DNA of 63,158 bases, the filler included. It is 4 parts of 4 records of this genome, joined end to end, with 100 filler letters (N's around TTAATTAATTAA, not from the genome) between each part and the next. Parts side by side here need not be neighbours in the genome. Positions count along the whole stretch, not along the records: positions 20,719 to 32,752 come from DRR378314_1789; positions 32,853 to 47,815 come from DRR378314_1791; 2 more parts are not named here. The stretch is one strand, 5' to 3'. Positions 28,849 to 39,446 of this stretch are shown in pieces; within the stretch, counting starts at the first letter, position 1; the number at the start of each line of letters is the position of its first letter. The notes beneath the pieces are model-generated. The model was not told the DNA's origin, ran no database searches, and saw only the letters and a program-made list of their open reading frames with translations. Both the position numbers and the translations under genes were made by a program.

Positions 28849-31800
28849 ATGCCGCGACGCATGGGAATTCGTGCGCCTTTTGTGCCGCTGCCAGATCCAG
28901 AGAATCTGCAGCCCCGCGAAAAGGTGCGCACGGAGAGCGGCGCGCGCGCGTCCCCGTTCCCGCGCGGCAGCAAGCGCGACGCCGCGCGCCCTCGCATGCA
29001 CAGACGATCCCCCGTGCTGCGAGCTAACTGCTTGCGCTTGCCGGCGAGGTGCATTGGCTTTTCGTACTTCTTCGCCGGTACTGTTTCCACATCCGTAATC
29101 GCGTACGTGCATACCGTGCGTGACTTCGCGTGTCTTTGTGCGCGCATTCTTGGCTTCCGCAGGTCCACCGCTGCGCGTTCACCGGCGAGGTGTTCCGCAG
29201 CAGGGACGAGCGCGACCGAGCGCTGCGCGAGTACGAGAAGAAGGAATGGGTCTGCTGCGCGACGGGGAAAAACGGCCTCACTTTTGAGGTACGAAAGGAA
29301 TGGATTGCGTTGCACCGGATAGCGTCGGGACGCTGATCGTGTACTTCTGCTCGTGTTTCTCGCCGCGGAGCGCGCTTGGCGCTGCTCGCGCGGCGCGGAC
29401 GGAGGCGACAGCGGCGCAGCTCGCGGAGCAAAGGGGGTACACACCACGTGCACCGGAGACACGCCGCTTGCAGCACCTACGACACGCAATGACCTATAGG
29501 CGTGGTACCTGCGACATGCATCATTGCGCAGCTATCTTCGCGCGGCTACATTTACGCGGGAATTCGTTCACTTTGTCACTTTCGCTCGGTGTGAGTAGTA
29601 GGTTTGGCGTCTCCCCGTGCGCCTCGCTCTCTCGCGCACGCTTTCCGTTTCGCTGGAACTCTCTTCCTTTGCACAACTCATCCCGGTGCTTCTCGTCGCT
29701 TTTCCTCCATGTCACGGGGCGTATTTGTCCTTCTCTCATCGACGCGCGCAGGAAGCACTTGCCAGTGAGAAGCGCATCGAAGAAACCGTGCTGAAGCCCA
29801 TGCCTGAGCTCTTGCGCGACTGCCTGCTCATCTTTACGCACAATTCCAAGGAGATGCCCGAAGGAGTACGTCTTCGCACGACCTCTTGCGTGTTGCGAAG
29901 CCTTTCCACTCTATTTAGCCATGCAGTGTTTCGATGCGGATTTGTTTGCTTTTGCTTTGCTTCGCTTTCTCTGCTGGTTCGCTCAGCAGTATCCCCACTC
30001 GTGATGTGAACGAGCTACTTTGCGCTCTTACCTTCAGCATAATTGTGACTTTGACTTGCTCGCCGCGCTGCCGAACAAACTTGCGTACATATTCTGTTCA
30101 CTGTAGGTCTTTCGACAGTACCGTGACGCGATGCGCGAGAAAATCCACCCAGGCGTGAAAGTGCAGATCAGCAAGGGCTCCGTTCCCGCACGGTTCCGCA
30201 AGCTCAGCCAGGACCCTTTTGTTGTCGAGAGCGTGAAGCTCAAGGACAACACGCGCGCCAAACGCGCGCAGACCTTCCTCAACGCCAAGCAAAAGGACTT
30301 GACGTTTGTCGTGCGCCCGGAATCTGGAACGGCAACGTTTGAGGTGCAAGGCGCGCGCGTGAAGATGTTCCCAGATTTCACGCCGCGATTCGACCGTGTG
30401 CCAATCGTCCAAGTCATTCGTCTCCTCTCGCTGTACTTGCCAAAGTCTCGAGTCCTCGTAGGAACAGACGCGCGAATGGAGGAATGTGGTACGTACCATG
30501 CCATCATAATATACGGAAGCAAACGCTCCAGCTATTGGTAACTATCACATATTCACGCAGGTGTCATAAGAATTGCGTTGTTGTCGCCGCTTCGGAACGA
30601 TACTGCGCGTTCCCTCCGTGCTGCCGATTACGAAATTGAGGAGTTATCTCGTACAGCCCTTAACGGCGATCAAGAAAAGAATTCTTCTCGTTTTGATTAT
30701 CCTTTGCTGCAAGTTGGAGAACGCAGATATGTGTGTCACGAGCAGCTTTTTTTTTTTTGTTTTCGGGGCCGTAGAAGATTTTTTTTGAACATTGCATTGT
30801 GCGATGTTGCGGAGTACCGCGAGGAGTATTTCTCGTGTTTCTTTCTTCGTGTAGCGATTGCGATTCTCTCCGCTTTGTCCTTGTGTTCCGTCTGGCGACT
30901 CGCGTGCGAACCAAACCGTCGTTTTGCTATCAGGAAAGATGCATGTGACTGCAGTTGTGCGCAAATAGAAAGCGTTGGTTTTTCTTCCCCACTCTTTTCC
31001 CCTTCTTCTCAGTGATCATCACCGCTCTGTGAGACTCTTCGCTCGTTCCCTCCGAGAAACTGAGTCTCTTGCGATGGAGCGTTCCTGCTCTGCGTCGACT
31101 CATCTTCTCTGTTCTTTCTTTCTTTACCTCTGCATTGTTGTGCAGGCCTGGCGCCGGACCTTCCCGCCGACGTGGCCGCTGAGCTGAGCGATCTCAAGGA
31201 GCGCGGGATGGAGGAAGCGCGCATGCGCGTCATGTCGTACGAAGATCGCGCTGTTCGCAAGCGCTCGCGCACGCGACAGACTCTCCAGGGACGTTACTCA
31301 CGCGTGAACGCGGCGTTTTTCTTCATCTTTGAAGAACTTCTAGCGACCGATATTGATCTTTCGCGGTCTCTGGTTCGCGCGAACGCGTCGCGGAAGCGAA
31401 AGCGCCGCAAAACGACCGATGGCGAGTCTGTTGCTGGTGATGGCGACGAACAGGGCAGCGCAGCCGCACACAAGAGCGGCGATGAAGGCGGATCAGACGG
31501 CGACGACGACGACTTGGCGATGAACGATGCTGAAGACAGCGCTTCCGATGCGGACAACGACAACGCCGACGCGAAGAGCACGACGAAGAGCGCGGACGCG
31601 GAGTCGGATCACAACGCCGCCAAGTACCAGGCGTTTCGGCGCAATGTGCTCCGTCGCTGGTCCGCGATGGGCGACGATGCGCGGAAAAAGTACATCGAAC
31701 TCGCAGAGAAACACGGTGAAAATGTCGACGTTCTCGCACTCTTTGGCAATCATGCACTTCGCGTACGTTTGAGCCGTGATAAAGTCGGAGGGAATGAGGT

Positions 31801-32432
31801 AGAGAAAAGTATTTACGCTCTCTTCTGTAGAAATCTTTTGACATCGATCTCTCCGTTCACTTGCTCGAGGTCGAACCATAAGGGATAAATGATGATTTTT
31901 TCTGGTGCTGTTTCTCTATGTACTCGGTTCGTCCGACCGTCTCGTTTCAGCCTCATGTCTCGTTTGTTTCTGGTTCTTTGTTTCGCTGCGCTTGTGCTTT
32001 GCGCTGGTTTCGCTGTGAGGTTTCATGTCGCCATTTTAGCGCCATTCTTCAAGCGGATCCTCGGCCACAAGTAGTCATAGCAGCGAGTGAACCGAACAAA
32101 AAAAATAGGACAAGCAACAGAGAAAGTTCCACGTCCTTCACTTGTTGACTGAGCTCTCTTCCTTCGCCTCTCGGTGGTCTTTGCTGGCTGTGGGTATACA
32201 GTGGGCATTTATTGTGTCCAGATTGGCGTATACGGCAGAGAAACGCGATGCAATGAAGGAGCAGCGCCGTCAAGCACGAATTGCGCGCGAACGCGGTCAG
32301 CAAGCGGCGCGCGAAGAGCGTGAGGCGGAACGCGAGAAGATCCGCGAAGAACGCAAAAGACTTCCGCTGGACGAGGCGGAAATGCAGTCAATGATGAAAG
32401 ATGCGCGAGCAAAGGTACACGGAGGGAAGTAG
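28849..32432 (+). CDS. WAC-domain chromatin protein (Acf1/BAZ1-like N-terminus) with HMG-box-like segment and coiled coil; exons 28849-28923, 29163-29288, 29752-29865, 30107-30488, 31146-31762 and 32202-32414/32432; probably 3'-incomplete
   Basis: All five introns are GT-AG with compatible phases. The spliced N-terminus MPRRMGIRAPFVPLPDPENLQPREKVHRCAFTGEVFRSRDE...WVCCATGKNGLTFEEALASE matches the WAC motif (T.EIF...W.C..TG...LTY.EA..SE). Confidence 0.75.
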
Positions 32433-32728
32433 AGACCGTAAAAGGGGGGAACGGGTTCCTCTTTATTTCTCTGTTCTCTCCTATTATTTAGATTCTCGTC
32501 GCCGTAAAAGCGAAGTAGCTGCGCGATGGGCTTTGTATTCTTTCGGCACTTCTCCTTTTGTGCCATTTTCGTCGATGTACTTCGTTGAGTCTCATCACTG
32601 TCGCATACGGACCGTTAGGAATGATGTTGCTGGTAGTATTGTTTTCGCTGCTGGAACGCCCCTGTTCTCGTCGAAGGTAGTAGTCTTTCTCCCACATCGT
32701 TTTGTTATCTGGTGCTCTTTCCTTTTGT

Positions 32729-32752
32729 TCTCTCTCTCTCTCTCTCTCTCTC
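32729..32752. repeat. (TC)12 microsatellite at the contig end
   Basis: Read directly from the sequence; likely cause of the assembly break. Confidence 0.9.
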
Positions 32753-32852
32753 NNNNNNNNNNNNNNNNNNNNNNNNNNNNNNNNNNNNNNNNNNNNTTAA
32801 TTAATTAANNNNNNNNNNNNNNNNNNNNNNNNNNNNNNNNNNNNNNNNNNNN
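32753..32852. other. Artificial contig-joining linker
   Basis: N44-TTAATTAATTAA-N44. Confidence 0.98.
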
Positions 32853-32956
32853 TCCCAGGTGTAGGTTTCGTTGGCGCTAGCAGTGGAAACAAAAGGCGCA
32901 GCAGCGACACCGGCGGCACCGAAGCCGGCGGTTTTTAGAAATTGGCGGCGTTGCAT
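32853..32956 (-). CDS. N-terminus of a Tat-exported TRAP substrate-binding protein (partial)
   Basis: MQRRQFLKTAGFGAAGVAAAPFVSTASANETYTW: twin-arginine signal followed by a TakP/DctP-like mature start; truncated by the linker and not in the ORF track. Confidence 0.7.
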
Positions 32957-33092
32957 GGCGGGCATAACTCCGAAATTATCTGATGTTTTTTTATTAATGC
33001 GCAGTGAGCGCAGTGTCCATCAGCCAGTATGCGCTAAGCAGGTTTTAATCGGCAAGTACTCGCCCACAGCTTTACGCTTACGTTAACACCGC

Positions 33093-35291
33093 TCAAAGTG
33101 GGGTGAGTTTGGCAAACCCTAGTACGAGCCATTTCACCCCTTCACCTTCAAAGCTGACCTGTACGCGGGCGCGGGCACCTTCGCCTTCCGCGTTTAAAAT
33201 GATGCCTTCGCCAAACACCGGATGCATTACCCGCTGGCCAACATGCAGGGCAGGTAGGTCGCCGTCGCTTTCAACCCGCTGTTGCGCAAAACTTGAGCGT
33301 GAGGCGGTAACGGGACGGGAAATATGACCGCGTAGGCGGACTTCTTCCAACAGATGGGGCGGAAGTTCGCGTAGAAAACGCGATGGCCTGGGGAATACTT
33401 CTTTGCCGTGCAAGCGGCGGGTTTCGGCATGGGTCAGGTAGAGTTTCTGCATCGCACGGGTAACGCCGACATAGCAAAGTCGTCTTTCCTCTTCGAGCCG
33501 CCCTGGCTCTTCGATCGACATTTTATGAGGAAATAGGCCCTCTTCAACGCCGGCAATAAACACCACGGGAAACTCCAAGCCCTTAGCAGAGTGCAGGGTC
33601 ATCAGCTGCACGCTGTCTTCAAATTCATCGGCTTCATGGTCGCCTGCATTAAGCGCCGCTTCGGAAAGAAACGCTTCCAGCGCCGCCATGCCTTCGCCTG
33701 CCTCTGGGGTTTCGAAGGCATCGCCATGGGTAAAGGCGCGCGCAGCGGTCACCAGTTCTTCCAAGTTTTCCACGCGCGCTTGGCCTTTTTCGCCGCGCTC
33801 GCTTTTGTGATGCTCGATCAGGCCAGTATGCGTGGTGATGTGGTCGATAATTTCATGCAGCGGCAGGCCAGATGCATCGTTGTCTAATTGCTCAATGAGG
33901 TTGGCAAATGTCTGCACCGCGTTGGCTGCACGGCCTTTTAGCGAGCCGTCTTGAATGGCATCGTGCAGCGCCTGCCACAGAGAAATGCTTTGTTCTCGGG
34001 CACGATGGCGCACAATTTCTACCGTACGGGTGCCTATCCCGCGGGTAGGTACGTTAATCACGCGCTCCAAAGAGGCATCGTCATCACGATTAAGCAGTAG
34101 GCGCAGATAAGCTAAGGCATTTTTGATCTCTAAGCGCTCATAGAAGCGGTGCCCGCCGTAAATACGGTAGGGCATGCCTTGGCGGATCAGCGTCTCTTCC
34201 AGTAAACGCGATTGAGCATTCGAGCGGTAAAGAATGGCAACATCGCGGCGATTAAACCCTTCATCGACCTTTTCTTTGATGGTATCGACGATATAGCGGG
34301 CTTCTTCTAAGTCGTTAAACCCGGCATAAACAGAAATGGGGTCGCCTTCGACACCGTCAGTCCATAGGTTTTTACCCAGCCGCTCGCTGTTATGACTGAT
34401 CAGCGTGTTAGCGGCCTCCAGAATCGCGCTTGTGGAGCGGTAGTTCTGCTCTAGGCGTACGGTGTGAGTGTTAGGAAACTCCTCCTCAAAGCGGCGAATA
34501 TTTTCCACTTTGGCGCCACGCCAACCGTAAATTGACTGGTCATCGTCACCGACGGCGGTCATCGGTGTTTGTAGCCCAGTGAGTAGTTTTAACCACGCGT
34601 ATTGCAGCGTATTGGTGTCCTGAAACTCATCGACTAATACATGACCAAAGCGCTCGCGGTAATGATTTAGCAAAGGCGGATTGTCACGCAACAGTTCTAG
34701 GCTGCGCAGTAGCAGTTCACCGAAGTCCACTAGGCCGCCGCGTTCGCAGATAAATTGGTAGCGCTCATAAAGCTCTACCATCTGGCCAAGATAACCATCG
34801 CCGTCCACGTTTACTTGGTGGGGGCGAAGTCCTTCCTCTTTACAGCCAGAGATAAAGCCTTGCACCTGGCGGGGCGGGAAGCGCTCATCATCGATGGAAT
34901 AATCTTTGAGCATCCGTTTTACCAGCCGTAACTGGTCATCGGAGTCGATGATTTGGAAGTGCTGTGGTAGCCGAGCATCCTGCCAGTGAGTGCGCAGTAG
35001 GCGATGGGCGATTGAGTGGAACGTACCGACCCACACGTGACGCATGGAGATGCTCAGCAGAGCTTCCAGACGAGTGCGCATTTCCCGCGCGGCCTTGTTG
35101 GTAAACGTGACCGCCAGCAGGGCATACGGCGAAAGCCCTTCGGCCTGCATTAGCCAAGCAATGCGATGAACCAGCACGCGGGTTTTACCGGACCCGGCAC
35201 CCGCCAGTACCAGTAAGTTACCCTGGGGTGCGCTTACTGCCTCGCGCTGGGCAGGGTTAAGCTGATCAAGTATCGCCGTGACGTCGTCCAT
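33093..35291 (-). CDS. uvrD: DNA helicase II
   Basis: LAGAGSGKTRVLVHRIAWL, VTFTNKAA, DEFQDTN, VGDDDQSIYGWRGA, LEQNYRS, MTLHSAKGLEF and EERRLCYVGVTRA. Confidence 0.97.
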   Translation of the reverse strand: MDDVTAILDQLNPAQREAVSAPQGNLLVLAGAGSGKTRVLVHRIAWLMQAEGLSPYALLAVTFTNKAAREMRTRLEALLSISMRHVWVGTFHSIAHRLLRTHWQDARLPQHFQIIDSDDQLRLVKRMLKDYSIDDERFPPRQVQGFISGCKEEGLRPHQVNVDGDGYLGQMVELYERYQFICERGGLVDFGELLLRSLELLRDNPPLLNHYRERFGHVLVDEFQDTNTLQYAWLKLLTGLQTPMTAVGDDDQSIYGWRGAKVENIRRFEEEFPNTHTVRLEQNYRSTSAILEAANTLISHNSERLGKNLWTDGVEGDPISVYAGFNDLEEARYIVDTIKEKVDEGFNRRDVAILYRSNAQSRLLEETLIRQGMPYRIYGGHRFYERLEIKNALAYLRLLLNRDDDASLERVINVPTRGIGTRTVEIVRHRAREQSISLWQALHDAIQDGSLKGRAANAVQTFANLIEQLDNDASGLPLHEIIDHITTHTGLIEHHKSERGEKGQARVENLEELVTAARAFTHGDAFETPEAGEGMAALEAFLSEAALNAGDHEADEFEDSVQLMTLHSAKGLEFPVVFIAGVEEGLFPHKMSIEEPGRLEEERRLCYVGVTRAMQKLYLTHAETRRLHGKEVFPRPSRFLRELPPHLLEEVRLRGHISRPVTASRSSFAQQRVESDGDLPALHVGQRVMHPVFGEGIILNAEGEGARARVQVSFEGEGVKWLVLGFAKLTPL

Positions 35292-35344
35292 ATAAGCCGC
35301 TGCCGGTTCGAAAAATGGGCGGTCAGTTTAGCACAGCCAGTGAA

Positions 35345-35360
35345 CTGGCTGTGCATACAG
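35345..35360 (-). promoter_or_regulatory. LexA (SOS) box upstream of uvrD
   Basis: CTGTATGCACAGCCAG on the minus strand fits the gammaproteobacterial CTG-N10-CAG consensus and lies about 54 bp upstream of the uvrD start; uvrD is a known SOS gene. Confidence 0.8.
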
Positions 35361-35372
35361 TCGAATGGACAG

Positions 35373-36227
35373 CTACGGCTCTTCAGGGTAACGCAGCGTA
35401 TTCAGGCTCTTTTTGACGGCTTTTAGCTGCTCAGCCAGCCTCGGGCCGCGCGTTTTGGCAACGCCAACGGCGAGGACGTCGATAAGCACCAAATGGGCGA
35501 TTCGTGAGCTAAGCGGCGTGTAGATTTCGGTATCTTCATGCACATCGATATACAACGGCAGACTCACTTCGCCAGCCAGCGGTGAGTCACTCGGACACAG
35601 GCCAATAACGGTAGCGCCTGCTTCGCGCGCTAAGCGAACGCTAGCGACCAGTGCTTTGGTGCGGCCTGTTTGTGAGATGGCGACCACCACATCACCCTCT
35701 TTAAGCGTGACCGCCGACATATTTTGCATATGCGGGTCAGCATAAGCGGAGGTCGATATCTGCAGGCGGAAGAACTTGTGCTGGGCATCGAAAGCCACGG
35801 CACCGGAGGCCCCAAAGCCATAGAACTCAACGCGGTTTGCCATGGCGAGAGCGTTGACCGCACGCCCGAGGGCATCATTATCAAGCCGGTCGCGCACCGA
35901 TAAAAGTGTGCCCACGGTGGAGTCGAAAATGCTGTGGGAAAATTCGGCAACCGAGTCGCTATCGTTCATAGAGAACTGGGCAAACTGACTACCACTGGCG
36001 AGCATTTGGGCAAGTTGGAGTTTAAAGTCCTGGAACCCATTACAGCCGAGTGCGCGACAGAAGCGCACGACGGTGGGCTCGCTAACTTTAGCCTCTGTTG
36101 CGAGGTCGACAATCCGCATATGGATGACCTCGTCTGGGTTGCGCAGTACGAACCGCGCAACCTTTTGCTCGGAGCGACGAAAGTGCTCCATGCGGCGTCT
36201 CATTTCATCGAACAGGGCGCGGCTCAC
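35373..36227 (-). CDS. hexR: RpiR/HexR-family transcriptional regulator (HTH + SIS)
   Basis: VSEPTVVRFCRALGCNGFQDFKL HTH; GFGASG and ISQTG SIS motifs. Its position beside uvrD suggests the RccR-type paralog. Confidence 0.85.
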   Translation of the reverse strand: MSRALFDEMRRRMEHFRRSEQKVARFVLRNPDEVIHMRIVDLATEAKVSEPTVVRFCRALGCNGFQDFKLQLAQMLASGSQFAQFSMNDSDSVAEFSHSIFDSTVGTLLSVRDRLDNDALGRAVNALAMANRVEFYGFGASGAVAFDAQHKFFRLQISTSAYADPHMQNMSAVTLKEGDVVVAISQTGRTKALVASVRLAREAGATVIGLCPSDSPLAGEVSLPLYIDVHEDTEIYTPLSSRIAHLVLIDVLAVGVAKTRGPRLAEQLKAVKKSLNTLRYPEEP

Positions 36228-36444
36228 ATTAAGCTCCTTAAATTCTCTTTAGTACTTATGCAGACACAGTATAAATGCGATTGACTCATGCGTTTAAACG
36301 CCGTTAGGGCATTTCAGCTGGATTCGTCATCATTTTGTCAAGTAGGTTATAGTAAGAAGTGAAGTGCCGCACTGCATCATTTAAATAAACAGTCGTCACG
36401 GATGCAGGTGGACGTAGGCATATTCACCTGGAGGAACGTCGATT

Positions 36445-36663
36445 ATGAGAAACGTCGAACGAATCACCTCGGTAAAAAGCGAGCTGCTCGACATCTTTAT
36501 GAGTATGGAAGTGGATGAGCATGTTGAGCGTCGGCGCAGTGCCGCCCAGCGCAGCCTAAGGGCGCGTAGGGGTATCGAGCTGCATCGGGAGTTTCAGAAA
36601 CTATCGCGAGATATCGCCCCCATGCCAGACGATGATGAGCAGCAAGAGAGCGAACTGCATTAA
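36445..36663 (+). CDS. Small conserved protein (PA3496-like)
   Basis: GGAGG RBS; RARRGIELHRE...L..DI pattern; divergent from the HexR-family gene. Confidence 0.6.
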   Translation: MRNVERITSVKSELLDIFMSMEVDEHVERRRSAAQRSLRARRGIELHREFQKLSRDIAPMPDDDEQQESELH

Positions 36664-36741
36664 AAAAGTGCACTAAAGAGTGCACTTAAAAAGGTAGGCT
36701 TAAAAAGTATACCTAAGGGATTGTAGAACGCTGAAGCAGAT

Positions 36742-36765
36742 CCGCCCCGCTCATGCACAGGGCGG
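36742..36765. terminator. GC-rich hairpin between convergent genes
   Basis: CCGCCC...GGGCGG stem between the stops at 36663 (+) and 36799 (-); no strong U tract. Confidence 0.4.
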
Positions 36766-36798
36766 TACTGCTCAATAGTGCTGATTGTCAGTGAGGGC

Positions 36799-38142
36799 TT
36801 AGAGTAGCCCTGTGACGAACACTGCAATAACGCCTGCGGGCGCTATAAAGCGCGCGATGACGTTCCATACGCTAACGCCTGTGGACGAAAGCCCCAGTTC
36901 AGCCTCTACACTGTCACGCTTCAAACACCACGCAACAAATATAATTGCCCCTAGCCCGGTTAATGGCAGCAAGATCTTGCTGGTAAACGTATCGAGTAGA
37001 TCGAAAATATTAAGGCCGAAGAAAAGCACTTCAGACCACACGTTAAACGACAACAATGCGGCGACACCGAGTACCCAGACGCCAATCCCACTTGTTAAGG
37101 TAGCGGTGACACGAGACATTGTAGTGCGCTCTTCAAGCATTTCTACCGTCGGTTCCAGCAGGGAAATTGCTGACGTTAAGGCAGCAAAGGTCAGCAGTAA
37201 GAAAAACATCAAGCCCAAAATTGTACCGCCAGCCATATTACCGAAAGCCAATGGCAACGTGACAAAGATCAAGCCTGGACCTTCTCCAGCACTGAGACCA
37301 TTAGCAAACACAATGGGGAAGATCGCCAGCCCCGCCAGCAGTGCAATCACCGTATCAAGAATGATCACCGTGCGGGCCGTGCTAATGAGATTAACATCTT
37401 CGCCTAGGTAGGAACCGTAGGCCATCATGATGCCCATACCCAGCGATAGGGTGAAGAACGCTTGTCCCATCGCGGCGAGTACAACACCGCCGTCGAGTGC
37501 ATCCCAATTCGGGCTGAACATAAAGGCTAGCGCTTCACCAAAATAGCCGCTGGTCATGCCGTAGCCCACCAGTATCAGCATTAATACCACCAGAGCAGGC
37601 ATCAGCAACCGTGCTGCGCTCTCAAGGCCCTTGGTTACGCCACGTGCGACGATACCAATGACGAGCACCATAAAGGCAGTATGCCAAAGCAGCAGGGTCG
37701 TCGGGCTAGCCAGCATGCCGCCAAAAAGGCCACTAATCGCATCAGCATCTTGGCCGTTAAACGTACCAATGACTGAACTGAGGGTGTAGTTCAGCGACCA
37801 GCCCCCAATGACACTGTAAAAAGACAGAATCAGGAACGCCGCTAATACGCCGCTCACCCCGATTAACGCCCACGCCTTGGATTTACCATGATCGGCTGCT
37901 AGGTCCGCCATAGTGTTGATTGGATTTTTCTGGCCACGACGACCAATCATCCATTCAGCCACCAATATGGGCAGGCCCACCAACGCTACGCAAGCAAGGT
38001 AGACAAGCACGAAAGCTGCCCCACCACTATCGCCCACCATGTAAGAAAAGCGCCAAATGTTGCCAAGGCCAACGGCTGAACCAGCGGCCGCTAGCACAAA
38101 CCCCATGCGCGATGACCACTGTGCATGTGCAAGTTTTGCCAT
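36799..38142 (-). CDS. Sodium-dependent transporter, NSS/SNF family
   Basis: WSSRMGFVLAAAGSAVGLGNIWRF, GQAFFTLSLG and GPGLIF. Confidence 0.95.
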   Translation of the reverse strand: MAKLAHAQWSSRMGFVLAAAGSAVGLGNIWRFSYMVGDSGGAAFVLVYLACVALVGLPILVAEWMIGRRGQKNPINTMADLAADHGKSKAWALIGVSGVLAAFLILSFYSVIGGWSLNYTLSSVIGTFNGQDADAISGLFGGMLASPTTLLLWHTAFMVLVIGIVARGVTKGLESAARLLMPALVVLMLILVGYGMTSGYFGEALAFMFSPNWDALDGGVVLAAMGQAFFTLSLGMGIMMAYGSYLGEDVNLISTARTVIILDTVIALLAGLAIFPIVFANGLSAGEGPGLIFVTLPLAFGNMAGGTILGLMFFLLLTFAALTSAISLLEPTVEMLEERTTMSRVTATLTSGIGVWVLGVAALLSFNVWSEVLFFGLNIFDLLDTFTSKILLPLTGLGAIIFVAWCLKRDSVEAELGLSSTGVSVWNVIARFIAPAGVIAVFVTGLL

Positions 38143-38295
38143 GAAATCACCTGTTTAGTTAATTGTAATAAGGCGTTATAAGCCTAATGTGCTGATTTTC
38201 GGAAAAGAGAAATGTTCTAACGTTATTTTCCGAAAGTACGCGCAATTTATCCGATCGTGGTGGGGGTTGCCAGTCAGTTAGCCTAAAAAGATCGG

Positions 38296-39150
38296 TCAAA
38301 ACAGTTGGCTCTGCTTCTCGTCGGCGAATGACGCAAGCGCTGGCAAAGTGATGCGTTGTTGAACTTCATGGTACAAACAGCGCGCCAGTTCTGGTGACGC
38401 TCGATTATCAGCAGTATGCACAAATAAGAAAGGGGTTTTCCCCTGACTTATCCACAGGATAAGCCTGTCTATCCACGGCGTGAAGTAGTCCCTATTAATT
38501 GTTTTGTCAATATGGCCAATAAAGCGAATGACTGGATAATTTGCTGTGGAAAGCACGTGTAGCGGGAGTTTCGGCTTTTCTTGCTGAGCATGCGCTAGGC
38601 CAGGATGGTCATTGGCGGGTGTTGAAAACAGCGGGCGAACATCAAGCATCACGCGGTTAGCTGAATAAGTTATTAACAAGCGGTTCAGGGCTTTTTCAGC
38701 GTCTCCTTTAAGGAAAAAAGCGGGGTGGCGTACCTCAACTGCGCAAGGCAAGTGGGTCGGCCATTGAGCAAGTAGTGCTTCTAGTTGTGGCAGCTCCGAA
38801 GGGCCAAAATCACGTGGTAGCTGAACCATGGTAGGACCAAGGCGATCATGCAGTGGCGTGAGTGCTTCGAGAAACGCCCAGGCATTTTCTGGCTGGGTTA
38901 AACGCTGGTCATGGGTGACTGTGGCAGGAAGTTTAAAGCAGAAACGAAAATGAGGCGGTGTTTGCCGCGCCCACGCGGCCACCGTTTCTGCCTTTGGTGC
39001 GCCGCTATAAAACGTTGTATTGCCCTCAACGCTTGAAAAGACCGCCGCATAATCGCTTAACAGGTCAGTTTTGGCATGCCTTGGATAGAGAGTGCCAAGC
39101 CAATCCTGATTGGCCCACATGGGCAGACCAAGGTAAAGCGGTAGCATCAT
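38296..39150 (-). CDS. DUF72 (YecE-like) protein
   Basis: YLGLPMW, SVEGNTTFY, FRFCFKLP, QLP, AVEVRH and FVHTADN. Confidence 0.9.
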   Translation of the reverse strand: MMLPLYLGLPMWANQDWLGTLYPRHAKTDLLSDYAAVFSSVEGNTTFYSGAPKAETVAAWARQTPPHFRFCFKLPATVTHDQRLTQPENAWAFLEALTPLHDRLGPTMVQLPRDFGPSELPQLEALLAQWPTHLPCAVEVRHPAFFLKGDAEKALNRLLITYSANRVMLDVRPLFSTPANDHPGLAHAQQEKPKLPLHVLSTANYPVIRFIGHIDKTINRDYFTPWIDRLILWISQGKTPFLFVHTADNRASPELARCLYHEVQQRITLPALASFADEKQSQLF

Positions 39151-39210
39151 GTTAAGGCCTTTCGTGGTTATCTTTATACTAGTGTAACTGTTTCATAGAA
39201 GCGTTCAGGT

Positions 39211-39271
39211 GCTTTTCTAGGTCATTGTTTCTAGGACATTGTTTCTAGGGCATTGTTTTTAGGAAATTGTT
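39211..39271. repeat. Four degenerate 14-bp tandem repeats (TTGTTTCTAGGNCA)
   Basis: gcttttctaggtca / ttgtttctaggaca / ttgtttctagggca / ttgtttttaggaaa in the DUF72-antA divergent intergenic region. Confidence 0.85.
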
Positions 39272-39446
39272 GCGACGATTAAATAGACAAGAACTACTTG
39301 GGTGAGCATTGGCGCCGATCGATCAGTACTGCTCTCGGAGAATGAGCAAAAAAGTGCATAGTGTTCCTCCAAGAACTGCATAGTGAAGGCTGGGGGAAGC
39401 CTCTAGGGTTAGACGTACCTCATAAGTAATAAAAAGGTAACGACCC

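Noticed and set aside
36340-36380. HexR/RccR operator upstream of the HexR-family gene
   Set aside because: Only a half-site-like CACTGCAT is visible, with no convincing dyad partner.
39211-39271. CRISPR array
   Set aside because: The units are 14 bp and directly abutting, with no spacers and no cas genes.
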